NCBI RefSeq assembly: GCF_963921235.1
Contig: NC_086097.1
Coordinates: 182,530,001 to 182,594,000, forward strand
Length of the DNA stretch: 64,000 bases
Source of the DNA: Mobula hypostoma
Taxonomy: Eukaryota
Direction: 5' to 3'
Position numbers and translations under genes: made by a program. Shown piece by piece: positions 15,001 through 27,084 of this stretch; position 1 is the first letter of the stretch, and every line of letters starts with the position of its first letter. The notes below the pieces were generated by a model, which worked only from the letters and a program-made list of their open reading frames with translations, was not told where the DNA came from and searched no databases.

Positions 15001-17905
15001 TTGTGAGACCAGGGTGAGTGTGGTGTGATTGAGACCAGGGTGAGTGTGGTGTGATTGTGAGACCAGGGTGAGTGTGGTGTGATTGTGAGACCAATGTGAG
15101 TGTAGTGTGATTGAGACCAGGGTAAGTGGGTGTGATTGTGAGACCAGGGTGAGTGTGGTGTGATTGTGAGACCAGGGTGAGTGTGGTGTGATTGTGAGAC
15201 CAGGGTGAGTGTGGTGTGATTGTGAGACCAGGGTGAGTGTGGTGTGATTGAGACCAGGGTGAGTGTGGTGTGATTGTGAGACCAGGGTGAGTGTGGTGTG
15301 ATTGAGACCAGGGTGAGTGTGGTGTGATTGTGAGACCAGGGTGAGTGTGGTGTGATTGAGAGACCAGGGTGAGTGTGGTGTGATTGTGAGACCAGGGTGA
15401 GTATGGTGTGATTGAGACCAGGGTGAGTGTGGTGTGATTGTGAGACCAGGGTGAGTGTGGTGTGATTCAGACCAGGGAGAGTATGGTGTGATTCAGACCA
15501 GGGTGAGTGTGGTGTGATTGCGACCAGGGTGAGTGTGGTGTGATTGTGAGACCAGGGTGAATGTGGCGTGATTGTGAGACCAGGGTGAGTGTGGTATGTT
15601 TGAGACCAGGGTAAGTGTGGTGTGATTGTGAGACCAGGGTGAGTGTGGTGTGATTGAGACCAGGGTGAGTGTGGTGTGATTGTGAGACCAGGGTGAGTGT
15701 GGTGTGATTGTGAGACCAGGGTGAGTGTGGTGTGATTGTGAGACCAGGCTGAATGTGGCGTGATTGTGAGAACAGGGTAAGTGTGGTGTGATTGTGAGAA
15801 TAGGGTGAGTGTGGTGTGATTGAGACCAGGGTGAGTGTGGTGTGAGTGTGAGACCAGGGTGAGTGTGGTGTGATTGTGAGACCAGGGTGAGTGTGGTGTG
15901 ATTGTGAGACCAGGATGATTGTGGTGTGATTGTAAGACTGGGATGATTGTGGTGAGATTGAGACCAATGTGTGTGCTTGTGAGACCAGAGTGAGTGTGGT
16001 CTGATTGTGAGACCATGGTGAATGTGGTATGATTGTGAGACCAGGGTGAGTGTGGTGTGATTGAGACCAGGGTGAGTGTGGTGTGACTATGAGACGAATG
16101 TGAGTGTGGTGTGATTGTGAGACCAATGTGAGTGTGGTGTGATTGAGACCAGGGTAAGTGTGGTGTGATTGTGAGACCAGGGTGATTGTGTTGTGATTGT
16201 GAGACTGAGGTGATTGTGGTGAGACTGAATCGAATGTCAGTGTGTGTGATTGTGAGACCAGAGTGAGTGTGGTGTGATTGAGACCAGGGTGAGTGTGGTG
16301 TGATTGTGAGACCAGGGTGAGTGTGGTGTGGTTGTGAGACCAGGGTGAATGTGGTGTGATTGTGTGACCAGGGTGAGTGTGGTATGTTTGAGACCAGGGT
16401 AAGTGTGGTGTGATTGTGAGACCAGGGTGAGTGTGGTGTGATTGAGACCAGGGTGAGTGTGGTGTGATTGTGAGACCAGGGTGAGTGTGGTGTGATTGTG
16501 AGACCAGGGTGAGTGTGGTGTGATTGTGAGACCAGGGTGAGTGTGGTGTGATTGTGAGACCAGGGTGAGTGTGGTGTGATTGTGAGACCAGGGTGAGTGT
16601 GGTGTGATTGTGAGACCAGGGTGAGTGTGGTGTGATTGTGAGACCAGGGTGAGTGTGGTGTGATTGAGACCAGGGTGAGTGTGGTGTGATTGTGAGACCA
16701 GGGTGAGTGTGGTGTGATTGAGACCAGGGTGAGTGTGGTGTGATTGTGAGACCAGGGTGACTGTGGCCTGATTGTGAGACCAGGCAGAGTGTGGTATGTT
16801 TGAGACCAGGGTGAGTGTGGTGTGATTGTGAGACCAGGGTGAGTGTGGTATGATTGAGACCAGGGTGAGTGTGGTGTGATTGTGAGACCAATCTGAGTGT
16901 GATGTGATTGTGAGACCAGGGTGAGTGTGGTGTGATTGAGACCAGGGTGAGTGTGGGATGATTGAGACCAGGGTGAGTGTGGTGTGATTGTGAGACCAGG
17001 GTGAGTGTGGTGTGATTGTGAGACCAGGGTGAGTGTGGTGTGATTGTGAGACCAGGATGATTGTGGTGTGATTGTAAGACTGGAATGATTGTGGTGAGAT
17101 TGAGACCAATGTTTCTGCTTGTGAGAGCAGAGTGAGTGTGGTCTGATTGTGAGACCATGGTGAATGTGGTATGATTGTGAGACCAGGGTGAGTGTGGTGT
17201 GATTGAGACCAGGGTGAGTGTGGTGTGATTATGAGACGAATGTGAGTGTGGTGTGATTGTGAGACCAATGTGAGTGTGGTGTGATTGAGACCAGGGTGAG
17301 TGTGGTGTGATTGTGAGACCAGGGTGATTGTGTTGTGATTGTGAGACTGAGGGGATTGTGGTGAGACTGAATCCAATGTGAGTGTGTGTGATTGTGAGAC
17401 CAGAGTGAGTATGGTGTGATTGTGAGACCAGGGTGAGTGTGGTGTGTTTGAGACCAGGGTGAGTGTGGTGTGATTGAGACCAGGGTGAGTGTGGTGTGAT
17501 TGAGACCAGGGTGAGTGTGGTGTGATTGTGAGACCAATCTGAGTGTGATGTGATTGTGAGACCAGGGTGAGTGTGGTGTGATTGAGACCAGGGTGAGTGT
17601 GGGATGATTGAGACCAGGGTGAGTGTGGTGTGATTGTGAGACCAGGGTGAGTGTGGTGTGATTGTGAGACCAGGGTGAGTGTGGTGTGATTGTGAGACCA
17701 ATGTGAGTGTAGTGTGATTGAGACCAGGGTAAGTGGGTGTGATTGTGAGACCAGGGTGAGTGTGGTGTGATTGTGAGACCAGGGTGAGTGTGGTGTGATT
17801 GTGAGACCGGGGTGAGTGTGGTGTGATTGTCAGACCAATATGAGTGTAGTGTCATTGAGAACAGGGTAAGTGGGTGTGATTGTGAGACCAGGGTGAGTGT
17901 GGTGT
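1..17905. repeat. Satellite A: tandem array of 28-bp (GAGACCAGGGTGAGTGTGGTGTGATTGT) and 26-bp (lacking the last GT) units, roughly 650 copies, running off the left edge; lies in inferred intron 2 of the DRC11-like gene
   Basis: Unit read directly from the sequence. I saw no unique-sequence island. The copy number is a length/unit estimate. Confidence 0.97.
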
Positions 17906-20900
17906 GACTGTGAGAGGTGTGTGAGTGTGATGTGACCCTGAGACCAGTATAACTGTGACGTGACTGAGAGCTGTGTGAGTATGTTGTGACTGTAAGACCA
18001 GTGTGAGTGTGATATGATTGTGTGCCCATTGTGACGTGATGTGTCTGTGTGCTCAGTGTGACTGTGATGTGACTGTGAGAGCTGTTTGAATGTGATGTGA
18101 CTGTGTGCCCATTGTGACTGTGGTGTTACTGTGTGCCCAGTGTGACTGTGATGTGACTGTGACAGCTGTGTGAGTGTGATGTGACTGTGTGCTCAGTATG
18201 GCTGTGATGTGACTGTGAGACCAGTGTGACTGTGATGTGACTGTGAGAGGTTTGTGAGTGTGATGTGACCCTGAGACCATTATAACTGTGACGTGACTGA
18301 GAGCTGTGTGAGTATGATGTGACTGTAAGACCAGTGTGACTGTGACATGACTATGAGAGCTGTGTGAATGTGATGTGATTGTGTGCCTAGTGTGACTGTG
18401 AGACCAGTGTGACTGTGATGTGACTGTGAGAGCTGTATGAGTGTGATGTGACTTTGCTGCCCAGTGTCACTGTGAAAGGCGTGTGAGTGTGATGTGACCA
18501 TTAGACCAGTATGCCTGTGATGTGACTGCGATGCTGTGTGAGTGTGATGTGACTGCGAGACCAGTGTGACTGTGATGTGACTGTGAGACCAGCGTGACTG
18601 TGATGTGACTGTGAGAGCTGTATGAGTGTGATGTGACTGTGTGCCCAGTGTGACTGTGATGTGACTGTTTGACTAGTGTGAATGTGATGTGACTGTGTGC
18701 CCAGTAAGAAAGTGATGTGACTGTGAGACCAGTGTGAGTGTGATGTGACTGTGTGCCCAGTGTGAGTGTGATGTGACTGTGTGCCTAATGTGACTGTGAT
18801 ATGACTGTGAGAGGTGTGTGAGTGTGATGTGACCATGAGACCAGTGTGAGTGTGATGTGACTGTGAGAGCTGTGTGAGTGTGAAGTGACTGTGAGAGCTG
18901 TGTGAGTGTGATGTGACTGTGTGCCGAGTGTCAGTGTGATGTGATAGTGTGCCCAGTGTGACTATGATGTGACTGTGAGAGCTGTTTGAGTGTGATGTGA
19001 CTGGGAGAGCAAGTGTGACTGTGATGTGACTGTGAGAGCTGTGTGAGTGTGATGTGACTGTGTGCCCAGTGTGACTGTGATGTGACTGTGTGCACAGTGT
19101 GACCGTGATATCACTGTGAGAGCTCTGTGAGTGTGATGTGACTGTGTGCCCATTGTGACTGTGGTGTGACTGTGTGCCCAGTGTGACTGTGTTGTGACTG
19201 TGACAGCTGTTTGAGTGTGATGTGACTTGAGACCTGTGTGACTGTGAGAGCTGTGTGAGTATGATGTGACTGTGTGCCCAGTGTGACTGTGATATGACTG
19301 TGAGAGCTCTGTGAGTGTGATGTGAATGTGTGCCCAGTGTGACTGTGATGTGACTGTGAGACCAGTGTGACTGTGATGTGACTGTGAGAGGTGTGTGAGT
19401 GTGATGTGACTGTGCGACCAGCGTGACTGTGATGTGACTGTGAGACCAGCGTGACTGTGATGTGACTGTGAGAGCTGTATGAGTGTGATGTGACTGTGTG
19501 CCCAGTGTGACTGTGATGTGACTGAGACTAGTGTGAATGTGATGTGACTGTGTGCTCAGTGTGACTGTGAGACCAGTGTGACTGTGATGTGACTGTGAGA
19601 GCTGTGTGAATGTGATGTCACCGTGTGCCCATTGTGAATGTGATGTGACCGTGTGCACAGTGTGACCGTGATATCACTGTGAGAGCTCTGTGAGTGTGAT
19701 GTGACTTTGAGACCTGTGTGACTGTGAGAGCTGTGTGAGTATGATGTGACTGTGTGCCCAGTGTGACTGTGATGTGACTGTGTGCCCAGTGTGACTGTGA
19801 TATGACTGTGAGAGCTCTGTGAGTGTGATGTGACTGTGTGCCCAGTGTGACTGTGATGTGACTGTGATGTGACTGTGAGAGGTGTGTGAGTGTGATGTGA
19901 CTGTGAGACCAGTGTGACTGTGATGTGACTGTGAGAGCTGTATGAGTGTGATGTGACTGTGTGCCCAGTGTGACTGTGATGTGACTGTGAGACTAGTGTG
20001 AATGTGATGTGACTGTGTTCTCAGTGTGTCTGTGAGACCAGTGTGACTGTGATGTGACTGTGAGAGCTGTGTGAATGTGATGTCACCGTGTGCCCATTGT
20101 GAATGTGACGTTACTGTGTGCCCAATGTGACTGTGATGTGACTGTGAGACCAGTGTGACTGTGATGTGACTATGAGACTAGTGTGAATGTGATGTGACGG
20201 TGAGGGCTGTGTGAGTGTGTTGTGACCTTGAGACCTGTGTGACTGTGAGAGCTGTGTGAGTGTAATGTGATTGTGAGACCAGTGTGACTGTGATGTGACT
20301 GTGTGCTCAGTGTGTCTGTGATGTGACTGTGTGCTCAGTGTGACTGTGATGTGACTGTGAGAGGTGTGTGAGTGTGATGTGACTGGGAGAGCAAGTGTGA
20401 CTGTGATGTGACTGTGAGAGCTGTGTGAGTGTGATGTGACTGTGTGCCCAGTGTGACTGTGATGTGACTGTGTGCACAGTGTGACCGTGATATCACTGGG
20501 AGAGCTCTGTGAGTGTGATGTGACTGTGTGCCCATTGTGACGTGATGTGACCGTGTGCTCAGTGTGACTGTGATGTGACTGTGAGAGGTGTGTGAGTGTG
20601 ATGTGACCGTGAGACCAGTGTGACTTTGATGGGACTGTGTGCACAGTGTGACTGACAGCTGTGTGAGTGTGACGTGACTGTGTGCTCAGTGTGTCTGTGA
20701 TGTGACTGTGTGCTCAGTGTGACTGTGATGTGACTGTGAGAGGTGTGTGAGTGTGATGTGACTGGGAGAGCAAGTGTGACTGTGATGTGACTGTGAGAGC
20801 TGTGTGAGTGTGATGTGACTGTGTGCCCAGTGTGACTGTGATGTGACTGTGTGCACAGTGTGACCGTGATATCACTGGGAGAGCTCTGTGAGTGTGATGT

Positions 20901-23900
20901 GACTGTGTGCCCATTGTGACGTGATGTGACCATGTGCTCAGTGTGACTGTGATGTGACTGTGAGAGGTGTGTGAGTGTGATGTGACCGTGAGACCAGTGT
21001 GACTTTGATGGGACTGTGTGCACAGTGTGACTGACAGCTGTGTGAGTGTGACGTGACTGTGTGCTCAGTATGACTGTGATGTGACTGTGAGACCAGTGTG
21101 ACTGTGATATGACTGTGAGAGCTGCATGAATGTGATGTGATTATGTGCCCAGTGTGACTGTGAGACCAGTGTGACTGTGATGTGACTGTGTGCCCAGTAT
21201 GACAATGATGTGACTGTGTGCCCAGTGTGAATGTGATGTGACTGTGTGCCCAGTAAGAAAGTGATGTGACTGTGAGCCCAGTAAGAAAGTGATGTGACTG
21301 TGAGACCAGTGTGAGTGTGATGTGACTGTGTGCCCAGTGTGAGTGTGATGTGACTGTGTGCCTAATGTGACTGTGGTATGACTGTGAGAGGTGTGTGAGT
21401 GTGACTGTGAGAGCTGTGTGAGTGTGATGTGACTGTGTGCCCAGTGTGACTGTGATGTTACTCTGTGCCCAGTGTGACCGTGATATCACTGTGAGAGCTG
21501 TGTGAGCGTGATGTGACTGTGTGCCCATTGTGACTGTGGTGTGACTGTGGGCCCATTGTGACGTGATGTGACTGTGTGCTCAGTGTGACTGTGATGTGAC
21601 TGTGAGACCAGTGTGACTATGATATGACTGTGAGAGCTGGATGAATGTGATGTGATTATGTGCCCAGTGTGACTGTGAGAGGTCTGTGAGTGTGATGTGA
21701 GCATTAGACCAGTATGCCTGTGATGTGACTGAGATGCTGTGTGAGTGTGATGTGACTGTGAGACCAGCATGACTGTGATGTGACTGTGAGAGCTGTATGA
21801 GTGTGATGTGACTGTGTGCCCAGTGTGACTGTGATGTGACTGTGAGACTAGTGTGAATGTGATGTGACTGTGTGCTCAGTGTGACTGTGAGACCAGTGTG
21901 ACTGTGATGTGACTGTGAGAGCTGTGTGAATGTGATGTCACCGTGTGCCCATTGTGAATGTGATGTGACTGTGTGCCCAATGTGACTGTGATGTGACTGT
22001 GAGACCAGTGTGACTGTGATGTGACTATAAGACTAGTGTGAATGTGATGTGACTGTGAGGGCTGTGTGAGTGTGATGTGACCTTGGGACCTGTGTGACTG
22101 TGAGAGCTGTGTGAGTGTGATGTGATTGTGAGACCAGTGTGACTGTGATGTGACTGTGTGCTCAGTGTGTCTGTGATGTGACTGTGTGATCAGTGTGACT
22201 GTGATGTGACTGTGAGAGGTGTGTGAGTGTGATGTGACTGGGAGAGCAAGTGTGACTGTGATGTGACTGTGAGAGCTGTGTGAGTGTGATGTGACTGTGT
22301 GCCCAGTGTGACTGTGATGTGACTGTGTGCACAGTGTGACCGTGATATCACTGTGAAAGCTCTGTGAGTGTGATGTAACTGTGTGCCCATTGTGAAGTGA
22401 TGTGACCGTGTGCTCAGTGTGACTGTGATGTGACTGTGAGAGGTGTGTGAGTGTGATGTGACCGTGAGACCAGTGTGACTTTGATGTGACTGTGTGCACA
22501 GTGTGACTGACAGCTGTGTGAGTGTGATGTGACTGTGTGCTCAGTATGACTGTGATGTGACTGTGAGAGCTGTGTGAGTGTGATGTGACTGTAAGACCAG
22601 TGTGAGTGTGATATGATTGTGTGCCCATTGTGACGTGATGTGACTGTGTGCTCAGTGTGACTGGGATGTGACTGTGAGACCAGTGTTACTGTGATATGAC
22701 TGTGAGAGCTGGATGAATGTGATGTGATTATGTGCCCAGTGTGACTGTGAGACCAGTGTGACTGTGAGAGGTGTGTGAGTGTGATGTGAGCATTAGACCA
22801 GTATGCCTGTGATGTGACTGCGATGCTGTGTGAGTGTGATGTGACTGTGAGACCAGTGTGACTGTGATGTGACTGTGTGCCCAGCATGACTATGATGTGA
22901 CTGTGTGCCCAGTGTGAATGTGATGTGACTGTGTGGCCAGTAAGAAAGTGATGTGACTGTGAGACCAGTGTGAGTGTGATGTGACTGTGAGAGCTGTGTG
23001 AGTGTGATGTGACTGTGTGCCCGGTGTCAGTCTGATGTGACTGTGTGCCCAGTGTGACTGTGAGACCAGTGTGACTGTGATGTGACTGTGAGAGGTGTGT
23101 GAGTGTGATGTGACTGTGAGACCAGTATAACTGTAATGTGACTGAGAGCTGTGTGAGTGTGATGTGACTGTGAGACCAGTGTGAGTGTGATATGATTGTG
23201 TGCCCATTGTGACGTGATGTGACTGTGTGCTCAGTGTGACTGTGATGTGACTGTGAGACCAGTGTGACTGTGATATGACTGTGAGAGCTGTGTGAATGTG
23301 ATGTGATTGTGTGCCCAGTGTGACTGTGAGACCAGTGTGACTGTGATGTGACTGTGAGAGCTGTATGAGTGTGATGTGACTTTGCTGCCCAGTGTCACTG
23401 TGAAAGGCGTGTGTGATGTGACCATTAGACCAGTACGCCTGTGATGTGACTGCGATGCTGTGTGAGTGTGATGTGACTGCGAGACCAGTGTGACTGTGAT
23501 GTGACTGTGTGCCCAGTGTGACTGTGATGTGACTGTGAGACCAGTGTGACGTGATGTGACCGTGTGCTCAGTGTGACTGTGATGTGACTGTGAGAGGTGT
23601 GTGAGTGTGATGTGACTGTGAGACCAGTGTGAGTTTGATGTGACTGTGAGAGATGTGTGACTGTGAGACCAGTGTGACTGTGATGTGACTGTGAGAGCTG
23701 TGACTGTGATGTGACAGTGTGCCAAGTGTGACTGTGATGTGACTGTGTGCCAAGTGTTACTGTGATGTGACTGTGATGTGACTGTGAGAGCTGTGTGAGT
23801 GTGATGTGACCTTGAGACCAGTGTGAGTGTGATGTGACTGTATGCTCACTGTGACTGTGATGTGACTGTGAGAGCTGTGTGAATGTGATGTCACCGTGTG

Positions 23901-25790
23901 CCCATTGTGAATGTTATGTGACTGTGTGCCCAATGTGACTGTGATGTGACTGTGAGACCAGTGTAACTGTGATGTGACTGTGACATCTGTGTGAGTGTGA
24001 TGTGGCTGTGTGCCCAGTGTGACTGTGATGTGACTGTGAGACTCGTGTGAATGTGATGTGACTGTGTGCTCAGTGTGACTGTGAGACCAGTGTGACTGTG
24101 ATGTGACTGTGAGAGCTGTGTGAATGTGATGTCACCGTGTGCCCATTGTGAATGTGATGTGACTGTGTGCTCAATGTGACTGAGATGTGACTGTGAGACC
24201 AGTGTGACTGTGATGTGACTGTGAGACTAGTGTGAATGTGATGTGACTGTGAGGGCTGTGTGACTGTGATGTGATTGTGAGCCCAGTGTGAGTGTGATGT
24301 GACTGTGAGAGCTGTGTGAGTGTGACCTTGAGACCTGTGTGACTATGAGAGCTGTGTGAGTGTGATGTGACTGTGTCCAGTGTGACTGTGATGTGACTGT
24401 GAGAGCTGTGTGAGTGTGATGTGATTGTGAGAACAGTGTGAGTGTGATGTGACTGTGTGCCGTGTGACTGTGATGTGACTGTGACAGCTGTGTGAGTGTG
24501 ATGTGACTGTGAGAGCTGTGTGAGTGTGATGTGGCCTTGAGACCTGTGTGACTGTGAGAGCTGTGTGAGTGTGATGTGATTGTGAGAACAGTGTGAGTGT
24601 GATGTGACTGTGTGCCGTGTGACTGTGATGTGACTGTGACAGCTGTGTGAGTGTGATGTGACTGTGAGAGCTGTGTGAGTGTGATGTGGCCTTGAGACCT
24701 GTGTGACTGTGAGAGCTGTGTGAGTGTGATGTGACTGTGTGCCCTGTGTGACTGTGAAGTGACTGTGAGACCAGTGTGAGTGTGATGTGACTGTGAGAGC
24801 TGTGTGACTGTGAGACCAGTGTGACCGTGATGTGACTGTGAGAGCTGTGTGACTGTGATGTGACTGTGTCCAGTGTGACTGTGATGTGACTGTGAGAGCT
24901 GTGTGAGTGTGATGTGACTGTGAGAGCTGTGTGAGTGTGATATGGCTGTGTGCCCAGTGTGACTGTGAGACTAGTGTGAATGTGATGTGACTGTGAGGGC
25001 TGTGTGACTGTGATGTGACTGTGACAGCTGTGTGAGTGTGATGTGACTGTGAGGGCTGTGTGAGTGTGATGTGGCCTTGAGACCTGTGTGACTGTGAGAG
25101 CTGTGTGAGAGCTGTGTGACTGTGAGACCAGTGTGACTGTGATGTGACTGTGAGAGCTGTGTGAGTGTGATGTGACTGTGTGCCCAGTGTGAGTGTGATG
25201 TGACTGTGTGCCCAGTGTGAGTGTGATGTGACTGTGTGCCGTGTGACTGGGATGTGACTGTGAGACCAGTGTGACTGTGATGTGACTGTGTGCCCAGTGT
25301 GACTGTGATGTAACTGTTTGACTAATGTGAATGTGATGTGACTATGTGCCCAGTAAGAAAGTGATGTGACTGCGACGCTGTGTGACTGTGATGTGACTGT
25401 GAGACCAGTGTGAGTATGATGTGACTGTGAGAGCTGTGTGACTGTGACAGCTGTGTGAGTGTGATGTGACTGTGTGCCCATTGTGACTGCGATGTGACCA
25501 TGAGAGCTGTGTGAGTGTGATGTGACCTTGAGACCAGTGTGAGTGTGATGTGACTGTGCTCAGTGTGACTGTGTGCTCAGTGTGACTATGATGTGACTGT
25601 GGGACCAGTGTGACTGTGATGTGTCTGTGAGAGCTGTGTGAATGTTATGTGACTGTATGCCCTTTTGTGAATGTGATGTGACTGTGTTCCCAGTCTGACT
25701 GTGATATGACTGTGAGACCAGTGTGACTGTGAAAGCAGTGTGAGTGTGATGTGACTGTGAGAGCTGTGTGTGTGTGTGACGAGTGTGGAT
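17906..25790. repeat. Satellite B: more diverged ~28-bp array (e.g. GACTGTGATGTGACTGTGAGACCAGTGT, with variable cores GAGAGCT/GTGCCCA/GTGCTCA), related to satellite A
   Basis: Direct reading. It shares GAGACCAG, TGAGTGT and the 28-bp period with A, abuts A without a spacer near 17905, and fades into (TG)n near 25770. Confidence 0.95.
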
Positions 25791-26737
25791 ATGTGGCTGA
25801 GTGTGAGACTTTGTGGTTCCAGCTCTCATACATGGAGCTCTGCTGCCCCCCAGTGGTTTTATGTATTCAGCACCACAGCCCCCACATTAACCCCTTGCCT
25901 GGTGTCTGTCTGCACCGAGCTTGCGTCTGTGACACCTACCGTGCTCCATGGGCCCAAGTACCAGGTGCTTCAAACTCTCTGTCCTCATCTCACTCCTCCC
26001 GTCCCTCGCCCTACCTCCCTCCTCCTCTTTTTTTCCTCTCCGTCTGCCTCTCCTCCCTCGACATGAAGGTGTAGAATGGGGTCCTTCTGATGGGTCCACA
26101 AATCATTCGGATTTGATAGGTTAATGTCCATCTCTGCCCAGGATTTCGGATGTGAGTTTGAGTCTGAACTCCAACTGTGAGTTTACATTCAGGGAATTAA
26201 TCTGCAGATGTTGTTGGTAAGAGGAGTGGGTATTGTGGAAATCTCATCGGTTGTGTGGGGCTGCTGGTGCTCTCCTGACTCATTGTAACTACAGACCCAG
26301 AGATGTGGTTGTCCATTAACACTGGGGTAGGGTCGGTGACAGATCGAGAGTGTCCTCACACCCAGACACTTTGTGTGCTCCCCCAACACTCCCCTACGCA
26401 TAGACAGATCACACACACAGACATTGTGCTCATTCACGCAGAATCCTGCACAAACTCACCCAACTCAGTGCTCCTTACACACAGGTTCTTTTGCACACAC
26501 ATCCATGCACCTGGACAACTGGTGTGCCTGGAGAAACCATGCCTGTGCAGACACACACGTGTGAATGGTGTGAGAATGCACACTGACACACTCACGCACA
26601 GACACAGCCTCACAGTGACGCCTCCACACACACAAACACAGCTTCACAGTGACACACCCTCTCATTGACATGCACAGTCACTCTCACACACTCACATCCT
26701 CGCCCACAGTGACAGTGCCATTCCCGGGAACACTCAC

Positions 26738-27056
26738 GGGGGTCAGCTTCAGGTCTTGGAGGGTGTCGTCCATGTAATGAAACTCCGAGAGGCCTGCCTG
26801 CACCATCTGGAGACGCAGTTCCAGCAGCCGCCCCGTCAGCGCCCGCAGCAGCTCGTCCACCAGCTGCCACTTCTGCGGCTGCACCACTTGGTCTTGCAGC
26901 AGCTGAAGCTTCCGGAAGATCCGCACGTACTTGACGAACAGGTTGTGGTGGTGTCGGAACTCCTCGAGCTGGCCATCTGCTCTGGCACCTTTGGACTCCA
27001 GCTGCAGGATCTCCTCGACACCTTGCTGTGCACGACGCCATAGCTGTTGGTAGGTG
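26738..27056 (-). CDS. IQCA1L: Coding exon 2 (319 nt) of a dynein regulatory complex subunit 11 / IQ and AAA domain protein (IQCA1/IQCA1L family)
   Basis: Translates as TYQQLWRRAQQGVEEILQLESKGARADGQLEEFRHHHNLFVKYVRIFRKLQLLQDQVVQPQKWQLVDELLRALTGRLLELRLQMVQAGLSEFHYMDDTLQDLKLTP. This matches the recalled IQCA1 N-terminus (YVKYVQIFRNLE..DQFVHPQKR..GRILELKNEMV..EFHYFDDILQDLKLAP). Acceptor is ctctgtcctctgtccctcag and donor is CCC|GTGAGT. IQCA1L rather than IQCA1 is chosen only from linkage to the KCNH2-like gene. Confidence 0.88.
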
Positions 27057-27084
27057 CTGAGGGACAGAGGACAGAGTCAGCCCC

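Noticed and set aside
1..17905. Telomeric repeat interpretation of the GT-rich array
   Set aside because: No TTAGGG units; the period is 26/28 bp.
508..25481. Long His/Ser/Thr-rich minus-strand ORFs (up to 744 aa)
   Set aside because: They are read-throughs of 26/28-bp units that lack stops. They are open in several frames at once and the unit length is not a multiple of 3.
25800..26540. Possible exon 3 of the DRC11-like gene in the unique stretch
   Set aside because: No frame I checked gave the expected (Q/E)LDIPIP.YF-like continuation with a phase-0 acceptor, and candidate frames hit stops. Exon 3 is presumably left of the window.
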